Assembly (NCBI RefSeq): GCF_004102945.1
Contig: NZ_CP019384.1
Coordinates: forward strand, 750,001 to 782,000
Direction of reading: 5' to 3'
Length of the DNA stretch: 32,000 nt
Source of the DNA: Candidatus Velamenicoccus archaeovorus
Lineage (GTDB): Bacteria; Omnitrophota; Gorgyraeia; Velamenicoccales; Velamenicoccaceae
In this document: positions 7,464-16,718 of the stretch, piece after piece
How the letters are laid out: every line of letters begins with the position of its first letter
Numbering within the stretch: position 1 is the stretch's first letter
Program-made: the position numbers and the translations under genes
Notes under the pieces: generated by a model
Database searches by the model: none
The model's input: only the letters and a program-made list of their open reading frames with translations
What the model was told of the DNA's origin: nothing

Positions 7464-8705
7464 ATGAAACACACAGAGATCGTCATCACAGGCATCGGCG
7501 TTGTTGCCTCTAACGGTATAGGAAGGGAAGCTTTTTGGGGCGCCCTTCGGAAAGGAGTGAGCGGCATCAAGCCGGTGAGTCTTTTTGATACGGGTTCTAT
7601 AAAATCCAAGCAGGCCGGCGAGATCAAGGATTTTGATGCCAAGCTTTATCTGGGAGATAAAGGGCTTCGTCTTCTTGATCGTTCGACGAAACTTGCGAAT
7701 GTGGCGGCCAAGCTTGCTTTGGACGACGCGCATTTTACTGTCACAGAGGAGAACACAGACGAAACGGGGGTTGTCCTGGGGACGACATTGGGGAGCGTCT
7801 GGAGCATCAGCGAGTTTGACAAGACGGCCCTTGTTGAGGGGCCGAGATATGTCAACCCGGCTCTTTTTCCCAATACCGTCATCAATTCGCCAGCCAGCCA
7901 GATATCCATCCGTTTCGGTATCAAGGGGTTTAATACGACGATTGCCACAGGTTTTACGTCGAGCATGGACGCTTTAAAATACGCCTGTGATTTTATCCGC
8001 CTGGGCCGCGCCAAGGCGGTTCTGGTGGGCGGCGTGGAAGAGCTTTGCCTGCAGACATATCTCGGTTTTTATAAGCTCCAGTTCCTTTCAGGGTCAAAAG
8101 ACGATGACCAGGAATTGAATTGTCCTTTTGACTGCAGGCGTAATGGCATTGTTTTCGGGGAAGGGGCAGCAATGCTGCTTATTGAAGATGCGGAGGCTGC
8201 CCGAGCCCGCGGCGTGCGTATTTATGCCAGGATTTCTTCCCTGGGCTATGAATTCGTTCCTTACCGCATCAACAAATATCATCGGCTTGGCACAGGCATC
8301 CGTAAGGCTATGAAAGAGGCCCTGGGGGCCGCCGATCTGGATGTCGAAGACGTCGATTACATCAGCGCTAACGCGAATTCCACGCCTGAAGCGGACAGGA
8401 TCGAGGCGGTGGCGATCCGGGAGGTTTTCGGCTCAACGGCCCAAAAGATACCTGTAACTGCAATCAAGTCGATGGTGGGAGAGACGTTCAGCGCTTCCGG
8501 CGCCATGCAGCTGGCGGCGGCATCAGGGAGTATCAAAGAGGGCTTTATCCCTCCGACACTGAATCTCAGGGAAAAGGACCCACAGTGCACCCTCAATTGC
8601 AAGGACGGCATATCGCAGAAAGCGGACATCCGTCATGTCCTTATCAGCTGTTTTGGGCCCAGCGGAGTGAATACGGCGGTTGTCCTGTCAAAATATGAAA
8701 AATAA
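7464..8705 (+). CDS. Beta-ketoacyl synthase-like protein lacking the catalytic Cys-His-His triad (chain-length-factor-like KS partner)
   Basis: The protein has the thiolase-fold KS layout (ITGIGVVASNGIG..., GGVEE, FGEGAAMLLIE). The FabF nucleophile motif IATACTSG reads IATGFTSS here. AHGTSTP reads ANANSTP, and GHLLGAAG reads GETFSASG. The likely start is the ATG at 7464 (MKHTEIVITG). Confidence 0.8.
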   Translation: MKHTEIVITGIGVVASNGIGREAFWGALRKGVSGIKPVSLFDTGSIKSKQAGEIKDFDAKLYLGDKGLRLLDRSTKLANVAAKLALDDAHFTVTEENTDETGVVLGTTLGSVWSISEFDKTALVEGPRYVNPALFPNTVINSPASQISIRFGIKGFNTTIATGFTSSMDALKYACDFIRLGRAKAVLVGGVEELCLQTYLGFYKLQFLSGSKDDDQELNCPFDCRRNGIVFGEGAAMLLIEDAEAARARGVRIYARISSLGYEFVPYRINKYHRLGTGIRKAMKEALGAADLDVEDVDYISANANSTPEADRIEAVAIREVFGSTAQKIPVTAIKSMVGETFSASGAMQLAAASGSIKEGFIPPTLNLREKDPQCTLNCKDGISQKADIRHVLISCFGPSGVNTAVVLSKYEK

Positions 8706-9456
8706 CGAGTTGCTTAAGGACCGGATCGGCATTGTTTCGGGCGGCACGAGGGGGATCGGCCGCGCGATCGTCAAGGAGCTTGTCGCCGCAGGCGCAAAAA
8801 TCGCTTTTACCTACGTCAAAAGCGATGCCGAAGCAAAAAAACTTCTCCAGGAAATCGCGGCTGCAGGTTCCGAGGCCCTGAGTTTCAAGGGTGATGTGCG
8901 CGATTACGACACGTGCCGGGATTTCGTGGAGCAGGTCAAGGCCTATTTCGGCGGTTTGGATTTTCTTGTCAACAATGCCGGTATCACGCGCGACAAGGCT
9001 TTTATGACGATGGAAAAAGAAGATTGGAAGGACGTCATCGATGTCAACCTCACCGGCTGTTTCAATATGGCGCGTTCGTGCATTGTGACTTTTCTCAAGC
9101 AGAAGGAAGGCAATATCGTCAACATTTCGTCCATCAGCGGGATTTCAGGCATTGCGCGGCAGGTGAACTATTCGGCATCCAAAGCGGGTATCATCGGCCT
9201 GACGCGTGCCCTGGCCCAGGAAGTCGCGCCCTACAATATCCGCGTCAATTGCATAGCACCGGGCTTTATTGAAACTGACATGTTAGGCATCCTCAAGGAG
9301 GAACTCAAGGATAAATTCCGCCGGGCCGTCCCTTTGGGCCGGTTCGGCAATCCACAGGATATAGCCAAGACCGTTTTATTTCTCTTAAGCGAGCAGTCCA
9401 ATTACATCACGGGCCAAGTCATCAAGGTTGATGGCGGCCTGCATACGAGCAATTGA
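8695..9456 (+). CDS. fabG: 3-oxoacyl-ACP reductase (SDR, FabG-like ketoreductase)
   Basis: Motifs are GGTRGIGRAI (cofactor binding), NNAG and the catalytic S...YSASKAG (YxxxK). The likely ATG at 8695 overlaps the upstream stop by 11 nt. Confidence 0.85.
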   Translation: MKNNELLKDRIGIVSGGTRGIGRAIVKELVAAGAKIAFTYVKSDAEAKKLLQEIAAAGSEALSFKGDVRDYDTCRDFVEQVKAYFGGLDFLVNNAGITRDKAFMTMEKEDWKDVIDVNLTGCFNMARSCIVTFLKQKEGNIVNISSISGISGIARQVNYSASKAGIIGLTRALAQEVAPYNIRVNCIAPGFIETDMLGILKEELKDKFRRAVPLGRFGNPQDIAKTVLFLLSEQSNYITGQVIKVDGGLHTSN

Positions 9457-9484
9457 CAACACGGTGAATAGGAGGGACTGACAA

Positions 9485-9730
9485 ATGGCGCCTAGCATAA
9501 AGGATGAAATCCTTGAGATCGTTGCCACGGTTATCGAAAAAGAAGCTGGAGACATTTCTCTTGACGCTCATCTTGTGCAGGAAGTGGGGGCAGATTCCAT
9601 GATGGCGCTTGAGATCCTGGCGGCCTTGGAAAAAAAGTATCATATTGTTGTCCCCGAAGAAAGACTCAAAGAGATGACAACTGTTAACAAAATTATTCAG
9701 ATGGTTGAGACGGCCAGGAAAAGAGGGTGA
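9485..9730 (+). CDS. Acyl carrier protein
   Basis: The 81-aa protein carries GADSMMALEI, the DSL-type phosphopantetheine attachment motif. A GGAGGG RBS lies 8 nt upstream. Confidence 0.85.
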   Translation: MAPSIKDEILEIVATVIEKEAGDISLDAHLVQEVGADSMMALEILAALEKKYHIVVPEERLKEMTTVNKIIQMVETARKRG

Positions 9731-9763
9731 TGGCTAATCGATCTCTATGAGAAAGGATAGAAT

Positions 9764-10195
9764 ATGGTTTTGGAAATAGAAGATATTAAAAAACTTATTC
9801 CCCAACGGTTCCCGTTTTTAATGATTGACAGGGTCCTGGAGGCTTCGCCTGAAAAGGTTGTTGCCATCAAGAACGTCACAGCCAGCGAGCAATTTTTTAA
9901 AGGCCACTTTCCCGGACAGCCTATTATGCCGGGTGCTCTTGTCATCGAAGCCATGGCGCAAACAGGCATTATTCTCTACAAACAAAAATTTGCTAATGAC
10001 AAGGTGCTCTTTCTCGTTTCCGTCAAAAGCCGCTTTTTAAAGCCCGTTATCCCTGGTGACCAAATGATGATTACGGTTGAACCCATAAAGATGATGTCTA
10101 GAATGGGAATTTTTAACGCCATCATCACGATTGAAGATCGCAAGATCGCCGAGGCAGAGATTGCCTTTGGTTCTCAGGACGCCAAATCTATATGA
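9764..10195 (+). CDS. fabZ: 3-hydroxyacyl-ACP dehydratase (FabZ-like hot-dog fold)
   Basis: RFPFLMIDRV...FFKGHFPGQPIMPGALVIEAMAQ is the FabZ active-site His and Glu-region signature. Confidence 0.85.
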   Translation: MVLEIEDIKKLIPQRFPFLMIDRVLEASPEKVVAIKNVTASEQFFKGHFPGQPIMPGALVIEAMAQTGIILYKQKFANDKVLFLVSVKSRFLKPVIPGDQMMITVEPIKMMSRMGIFNAIITIEDRKIAEAEIAFGSQDAKSI

Positions 10196-11430
10196 AACCG
10201 TCGGTTAGATCTAAGGGTGAAAAGCGTCGTGTTGTCGTGACAGGGCTCGGTGTTGTATCTTCTTTAGGCATCGGAGTTCCGGAGTTTTGGAAGAATCTCA
10301 TCGCTGGTAAGTCGGGCATCTCTGATATCGAGTCTTTCGATACCTCGGATTATCCTGTCCATAAAGGCGGAGAAGTTAAAAATTTCCACCCCGAAGATTT
10401 TATCGACAAGCGAAAAATCAGACATTTGGGGCGTGCCTCCCAGATGGCCATCGCCGCGGCAAAATTAGCCACGAAAGATGCCTTGCTTAAAAAAAATAAT
10501 ATTATTCAAAGTGGCATTTTCGTAGGAACAACAATGGGGGAAATTCAAGAGCTTGAGGAGATGAATTTAGGGTGGCTAAAAACTGGACATTTGTCTATCG
10601 ATAAATCTTCAATTTTTTTATTTCCCACAAATGTTATCGCCGTCAACGCAGCGTTAGAATTAAAATGTCAAAAATATAATTTTATGATGCCGACTGCATG
10701 TGCGTCCGGAAATTATTCGATAGGTTTTGCTTTTGATTTAGTGAAAAAGGGCGAGCTGAATGTTGCTTTGGCAGGAGGGTCGGATTCATTTTCACGAATT
10801 GCTTTTACAGGATTTAATCGACTTATGGCTATGGCTCCTGAGAAGTGTCAGCCATTTGACAAAAATCGTAAAGGCATGATGTTAGGAGAGGGGGCAAGTA
10901 TATTAATTTTAGAATCATTAGAGTATGCAGAAAAAAGAGGCGCTAAAATTTATGCAGAAATTTTAGGTTATGGTTTAAGTTGCGATGCGCATCATATGAC
11001 TCAACCGGCAGAAGAAGGTATCGTTAGTTGTATGAAAAAAGCTCTTAAAGAATCAAACATTTCAGCAGGAGAGGTCGATTATATTAGTACGCATGGGACA
11101 GGCACATTGCAAAATGATAAAGTCGAATGTGCTGCCCTTAAAAAAGTTTTTGGTAAGAGATTAAAAAGTATTCCGTGTAGTTCTATTAAGTCCATGCTTG
11201 GTCATACGATGGGTGCGGCTTCTGCCATGGAGGCGGTTGTTTGTTGTCTAGTGATTAAGGATGGTATTTTCCCCCCGACAATTAATTATGAAACACCGGA
11301 TGAAGATTGTGATATTAATTGTGTGCCTAATAAATCAGAAGGAAGAAAGATTAATATTGCTTTGAATAATTCTTATGCGTTCGGCGGAAATAATTGTTGT
11401 GTAATTTTTAAAAGATTTATATCTTTCTGA
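10192..11430 (+). CDS. Beta-ketoacyl-ACP synthase (FabF/KAS II-like, catalytically complete)
   Basis: The triad is intact: PTACASG (Cys), YISTHGTGT (His) and SMLGHTMGAAS (His). The start overlaps the fabZ-like stop (ATGA). GC content falls within this ORF. Confidence 0.85.
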   Translation: MKPSVRSKGEKRRVVVTGLGVVSSLGIGVPEFWKNLIAGKSGISDIESFDTSDYPVHKGGEVKNFHPEDFIDKRKIRHLGRASQMAIAAAKLATKDALLKKNNIIQSGIFVGTTMGEIQELEEMNLGWLKTGHLSIDKSSIFLFPTNVIAVNAALELKCQKYNFMMPTACASGNYSIGFAFDLVKKGELNVALAGGSDSFSRIAFTGFNRLMAMAPEKCQPFDKNRKGMMLGEGASILILESLEYAEKRGAKIYAEILGYGLSCDAHHMTQPAEEGIVSCMKKALKESNISAGEVDYISTHGTGTLQNDKVECAALKKVFGKRLKSIPCSSIKSMLGHTMGAASAMEAVVCCLVIKDGIFPPTINYETPDEDCDINCVPNKSEGRKINIALNNSYAFGGNNCCVIFKRFISF

Positions 11431-11444
11431 GAAGAATATAGACT

Positions 11445-12542
11445 ATGTATACAAAAAATATCTTAATGACTGGTTCGACTGGTTTTTTGGGATCCTTCAT
11501 TTTAAAAAATATCTTGGATGAGACTTGTCATAATGTTTTTTTGTTAATTCGAGCAAAAAATCAGGATGAGGCTTTGATACGGCTAAAAAAATTAATATTT
11601 CGCATTTATAAAGAAGATCGGTTTACGCGTTATAATAAGCGGCTTGAAGTTTTCTGCGGCGATCAGACTCAATCTTGTCTTGGCTTGAGTAGAAAAAAAT
11701 ATTTTAGCCTTTTTAAAAAAATTAATGAAATATATCATTGTGCTGCCTTGACTGAATTTAATGAGCCTTGGGAGAAAGTTTATAAAGTCAACGTTTGTGG
11801 AACAGAAAATATTTTTAAATTTGCTTATTCATGTAATAAATTTACAAAATTAAATTATATCAGTACTGCTTTTGTCGTTGGTAATTCTAGGATACACTTC
11901 ACTGAAGTTGATTTGAGCACGAATCAAAATTTTAATAACACATATGAAAAAAGTAAATATGAGGCAGAGTTACTAGCAAAAGATTTTATAAAAAAGGGGC
12001 TAAAAATAGCAATTTATAGACCAAGCATTGTTGTTGGTGATTATTTAAGTGGAGAGACAACCAATTTCAGAATGTTTTATAAGCCATTTAGATCTCTTTC
12101 GTTAGGTTTATTTGCCGAGCTTCCTTTAAATAAGGACGGCTATTTAAATTTAATACCTGTAGATTATGCCGCCAGGGCCATTTTTACCTTGGCTGAAAAC
12201 GAAGATTCAGCAGAAGTCTATCACATAGTAAATCCAAGACATTTCTCTTTGCCTTATCTTATGGATTTTGCTGCTGATTTTTTTGGCTACAAAAATCCAA
12301 AATTTATTTCTCTGGGAGAATTTGATTCAAACCACCTGACCGCTATTCAAAAGAAGATATTAAAAATTTATTTACCTTATTTCACCTATGGGGCATTATT
12401 TTTTTCTGAGAAAACCCAGAAAATTTTGGCAAGACATCATTTTTTCTATCCAGATACATCCAAGGGTTTCCTTGAACGTATCTTTAATTTTTGCATTAAA
12501 AGTGGGTATATTAACTCTAAAAAGCTTAATAAGGTTTTTTAA
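11445..12542 (+). CDS. Stand-alone thioester reductase / fatty acyl reductase-type extended SDR (NAD_binding_4 type)
   Basis: It has an N-terminal TGSTGFLGSF (TGxxGxxG) motif and the catalytic YEKSK (YxxxK). Its length and layout match terminal reductase domains of NRPS/PKS and acyl-ACP/CoA reductases. Confidence 0.7.
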   Translation: MYTKNILMTGSTGFLGSFILKNILDETCHNVFLLIRAKNQDEALIRLKKLIFRIYKEDRFTRYNKRLEVFCGDQTQSCLGLSRKKYFSLFKKINEIYHCAALTEFNEPWEKVYKVNVCGTENIFKFAYSCNKFTKLNYISTAFVVGNSRIHFTEVDLSTNQNFNNTYEKSKYEAELLAKDFIKKGLKIAIYRPSIVVGDYLSGETTNFRMFYKPFRSLSLGLFAELPLNKDGYLNLIPVDYAARAIFTLAENEDSAEVYHIVNPRHFSLPYLMDFAADFFGYKNPKFISLGEFDSNHLTAIQKKILKIYLPYFTYGALFFSEKTQKILARHHFFYPDTSKGFLERIFNFCIKSGYINSKKLNKVF

Positions 12543-14724
12543 ATGAATACTTTTTCTTTGTCAGGTTTGATATTAGGTTTAACTTGTTTGTTTCTAGTTA
12601 TAATTTCTGAAATTAAGGGTAAATCTTTATTGCATCGAGTTTGGTCTTTATTCAATATTGCCGTTGGAAGTTGGGGGGCAGGATCATTTTTTATAGGACG
12701 TATTAAAAATCCAGATGTAGCATTGTTAACATGGAGATTCACTGAAATAAGCGTAGCATTCATTGCTGTTTTTTTTTCTTCATACAACATATCTAATTTG
12801 TAATTTAAAAAATAGGTCTTTATTATATTTTGCCTATTTCCAGGGGTTCATTTTTTCACTGCTTTCGATAACTTCTAATACATTTTTTTCTGGGACTTAT
12901 TTAATTTTTGGACAGTTTTATTATGCCTTACCAGGAGTATTGTTTTATGTTTTTTTCTTTATATGGATGGCTTTGGTCGGATATAGTCAGTACTGTTTGT
13001 TTATTTCTGTAATCCAGAGTAGGGGGAAGCTAAGAAATCAAATTCTTTATTTTGCCATTGGAACAATCTTAGGATTTTCGGGTGGCTTAACAAATTTTTT
13101 CCCTCATTTTAGAATTAATTTTTATCCTTTTGGTAATTTTACCATTCCTATTTATTGTCTTATTGTAACGTATGCCATTTTGAGATACCGTTTGTTAGAT
13201 ATTAGCATTGCCGTAACTCGAACTAGTATTTTTGTAGCTGTTTATTCTTTGATTCTTGGTCTGCCTTTACTCGTTATTTATTATTTACAGAATCAGTTGG
13301 TAGGTTTGTTAGGCGTTTCTTGGTGGATTGTTCCTTTTTTATGTTCTACCGCTCTTGCTACTTTGGGGCCTTTCTTATACATTTATTTTGATAGAAAGGC
13401 AGAGGAAAGATTATTAAAAGAACAAAAAAAATATCAAAGCATTTTGAAAGGTGCTTCTGCCGGTATGATCCGGATTAGAAATTTAGATGTGCTTTTAAAA
13501 CTTATAGTCTACGTTGTCACAAAGATTGTTAAGATACAGCACGCTTCTGTATATCTTTTTGATCTCGAGAATCAACAATTTTCAGTAAGGGCTTCCCGAT
13601 CATCAAAAGAATCTAATATAAAATTCTTTAATATTGATTTACAGTCTGTTTTAATAAAAAAGCTAATGTCTGAAAAAGAGCCTCTCGTTACGGAAGAAAT
13701 TGCTCTGCGGTTAAGAGATGATCCAAATAATTATTATTTAATTAAATTAATGGAAGAACTATTTTCTTTAAGTGCTGCCTTGGTTATTCCTAGCTTTGTA
13801 GAAGATCGACTCATAGGTATTCTGGTTTTAGGAGAAAAACGTTCCAGGGAGCTTTACTCGCAAGATGATTTCGCTGTTTTTTCTGTTTTGGCCAACCAGG
13901 CAGCTTTGGCCATTGAGAACGCCCAATTTTATGAAGAAATTAGAAAGACTCAGGAATCACTCTTTCAGGCAGAAAAAATGGCAACGATCGGTACTATGGC
14001 CGATGGCTTATCTCATCAGATCAACAACAGGTTCCACGCTCTTTCTTTGATTGCCGGCGATGCCATGGACGTTCTAAAAACTTATGATTGTTCTCAGCAC
14101 AACGAAGAGACAAGGCAGATATTCAATGATCTCAAGAATTCGCTGGAGCGTATTCAGGCTAATGTTTTGCAGGGAGGAGAAGTAGTAAGAGGTTTGCTTA
14201 AATATTCTCGGCCAGGAGAATGTGGTTTCGAAAGGATTTCCTTCAAGGAAGTTCTGGATGGCGCAGTGGAGATGGTGAGCTATAAGATCAAGCTCAGAGA
14301 AATCGATTTCGTTAAAGACATGCCATCACATCTTCCTTGTCTCAATGCTAATATTGTTCAATTACAGGAAGTTTTCTTCAATTTGATAGATAATGCCTAC
14401 GATGCCATTAAAGAACGTCAAATGATTTTAAACGAGCATCATTATCGGGGAAGAATCGAAATATCGGTCATGACTGATCAAACTTTTTTTCATATTAATG
14501 TGCAGGACAATGGGATAGGAATTAAGCCTGAAGACAAACAGAAAGTGTTTACGCCTTTCTTCACCACAAAAGCAACAGCAAAAAAGGGGACAGGGTTAGG
14601 TCTCTATGTTATTCAAAAAATCATCTCTGCTCATGACGGACAGATTAGAATGAATTCTGTTTATCGGTCCGGGACTTGTTTTACGATCAGCCTTCCTATT
14701 AAGCCTAGGCTCGCAGCAGCCTGA
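12543..14724 (+). pseudogene. Sensor histidine kinase (multi-TM N-terminal sensor, GAF, HisKA, HATPase_c) interrupted by a 1-nt frameshift in a T9 tract
   Basis: ORF 12543-12803 and ORF 12763-14724 are consecutive parts of one protein. The join ...ISVAFIAVFF|FLHTTYLICNLKNRSLLYF parallels ...VSFISVFLLHAILLLIGRRNYLIL in the paralog at 14705-16315. The frames differ by +1 across TTTTTTTTT (12769-12777), and removing one T gives about 726 aa. Downstream motifs include a GAF-like region, the H-box GLSHQINN, NLIDNAYDA, DNGIGI and GTGLGL. Confidence 0.7.
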
Positions 14725-16315
14725 TTACCACTGTTGTTCCTGTATTTAATTCACTTTCAACTTCAATTTCTCCCTTATTATTTTTTATGATTTGATGACT
14801 GATGGCAAGACCTAATCCAGTGCCTTCGTCTTTTGTGGTGAAAAAAGGATTAAATATGTTTTTCATGTCTTTTTTTGGAATTCCGCAGCCCTCATCTTTT
14901 AGGATAATCTCGATTTGCTTAGTATTTTTTACTTTTGTTGCGATGTGTATTTTTCCGCCACGGGGCATTGAATCTAAGGCATTCAGAATAACATTAAAAA
15001 AAACTTGTTTAATCTGTGCGGCGTCAACAGCTACCATCAAATTATGGTCCGTACATTCTTCAATCAGTGTTATCTTCCGTTTTAAAAAATCATTACTCAT
15101 TAATTCAAGTGTTTCTCTAACTATGCCGCAAATATTTACAGATTTTAAAATAGGAGGCGTCGGTTTTGAAAAGTCGAGTAACTTGTGGACAATGTTGTTT
15201 ATTCGATCGACCTCGGCTGGAATAATTTTTGAAAATTTAGTTACGAAGTCTTCTTCTTTAAATTTTTTAGGTAAAAATTCAGAAAATGTCTTTAAAGTTG
15301 TAAGAGGATTTTTTATTTCATGAGCTAAACCTAGCGCTAATGCACTGGCAGCCTTGAGTCGTTCTGAGCGTTCAAGCTCTTGTTTAAGTAGTTCATTTTC
15401 TTTTGCGATTTCTTCTGGGCTTTTTCCTAGGAAAATTTTATCGACAAAAGTTTGGATTTTTTGCCGGAGTGGGTTAAATAAAAGTGCCATTAAGAAAGCT
15501 GAGAAAAGACTTAGCAAGAAAGATTGGTATCCGATGATTCCTCTAAATAGCGACTCAATGATAATTATTAATAATAAATATATTGCGCTTAAAATAGCAA
15601 TCAGAATTGAATAGAGCAATCCCTTTTTATATATGATTTCAATGCCGAACATTTTATGTCGGAATACTGCATATGTGAAAATCAAACAGTAGGCAACTAT
15701 TCCTAAGTTTGCAAATTGAAAAAAGGGAGGATTGTACATATAGAAAAAGTTGATTGCTCCACTTGAGCAACCTAAGATAGTTAATATGATAAGCAATCTA
15801 ATATCTTTTCTTTTGTTTTGATCTTGCCAATAAAAAGTGATAAGACAAAAATGGGCATAGGTTACGATTATTGTCCACAAAGCATACCATAGAAAATAGT
15901 ATTTTCCCGAAAAAGGAATTAAAACACCCAGATGGTTTTCAAAATAGTCACCTAATATTAGATTAGTAGTTAATAATACGATACTGCATATAATGGCCTG
16001 AGTATAAGATAATATTAGAATCAAATAATTTCGTCTACCGATTAATAATAAAATTGCATGCAAGAGAAAAACCGAAATGAAACTTACTCCGCAATCCCCA
16101 ATTTTCCAACTTAATAGGGCAATTTTCTCATATGAAAAAAAATTAAGAAAAGAACTTATTGTTGATCCGACAGCCCATATAAATACGGAAAAATTGAAAA
16201 ATAACCACATTTTGTGAAAATTGACATTATTATATTTTAATAGAATGAGAATTAAGAATAATTCTGCTAAAGTTAGAACAAGACTTGAAATGAAAAACCA
16301 GTTTATTGAAAACAT
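14705..16315 (-). CDS. Sensor histidine kinase with multi-TM (7TM-type) N-terminal domain
   Basis: The first roughly 290 aa are hydrophobic with multiple TM segments. These are followed by a coiled coil, the H-box GLAHEIKNPLTT, then NVILNALDS, DEGCGI and GTGLGL. The 3' end overlaps the convergent kinase by 20 nt. Confidence 0.8.
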   Translation of the reverse strand: MFSINWFFISSLVLTLAELFLILILLKYNNVNFHKMWLFFNFSVFIWAVGSTISSFLNFFSYEKIALLSWKIGDCGVSFISVFLLHAILLLIGRRNYLILILSYTQAIICSIVLLTTNLILGDYFENHLGVLIPFSGKYYFLWYALWTIIVTYAHFCLITFYWQDQNKRKDIRLLIILTILGCSSGAINFFYMYNPPFFQFANLGIVAYCLIFTYAVFRHKMFGIEIIYKKGLLYSILIAILSAIYLLLIIIIESLFRGIIGYQSFLLSLFSAFLMALLFNPLRQKIQTFVDKIFLGKSPEEIAKENELLKQELERSERLKAASALALGLAHEIKNPLTTLKTFSEFLPKKFKEEDFVTKFSKIIPAEVDRINNIVHKLLDFSKPTPPILKSVNICGIVRETLELMSNDFLKRKITLIEECTDHNLMVAVDAAQIKQVFFNVILNALDSMPRGGKIHIATKVKNTKQIEIILKDEGCGIPKKDMKNIFNPFFTTKDEGTGLGLAISHQIIKNNKGEIEVESELNTGTTVVIRLLRA

Positions 16316-16319
16316 GACA

Positions 16320-16682
16320 TTAGCAGAGATTGTTTACTTTTCTGAGAATTTCTTTTGAAGCAAAGGGTTTTGGGATGTAGTCATTGACTCCGATACATAT
16401 AGCTTCTTGAGCAATTTCAGGACTGGCGTAGCCGGTGACTATAATGATTTTGATATCTGGACAGGCGCGTTTAATCTCTTGAGTAATCTCGAGACCATTT
16501 TGTTTTGGCATTTTAATATCCAGAAGGACTAGTTTGACATCTTGCTCGCATTCAAGTTTTTCAAGACATTCCTTACCGTTGCAGCTAAAGATGAGGTCAT
16601 AATCATTTTCCAGAATAAGTTTTAAGGATTCTCTGATGCCTTCCTCATCATCACATATTAAAATTCTTTTTTTAGCTGTCAT
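16320..16682 (-). CDS. Single-domain response regulator (CheY-like receiver only)
   Basis: The 120-aa protein has ILICDDEEG, LVLLDIKMP (phospho-acceptor Asp) and a conserved Lys region (IPKPF). It has no output domain. It lies 4 nt upstream of the kinase start. Confidence 0.85.
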   Translation of the reverse strand: MTAKKRILICDDEEGIRESLKLILENDYDLIFSCNGKECLEKLECEQDVKLVLLDIKMPKQNGLEITQEIKRACPDIKIIIVTGYASPEIAQEAICIGVNDYIPKPFASKEILRKVNNLC

Positions 16683-16718
16683 GTTTCCTCCTCTGCTGGA
16701 AGTTTATAGATTATCTGA

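Noticed and set aside
12763-12803. TTG at 12763 as an independent start of the 653-aa kinase ORF
   Set aside because: This start would remove the first TM helices that the paralog has. The overlap with the 86-aa ORF across a T9 tract is better explained by a frameshift in one gene.
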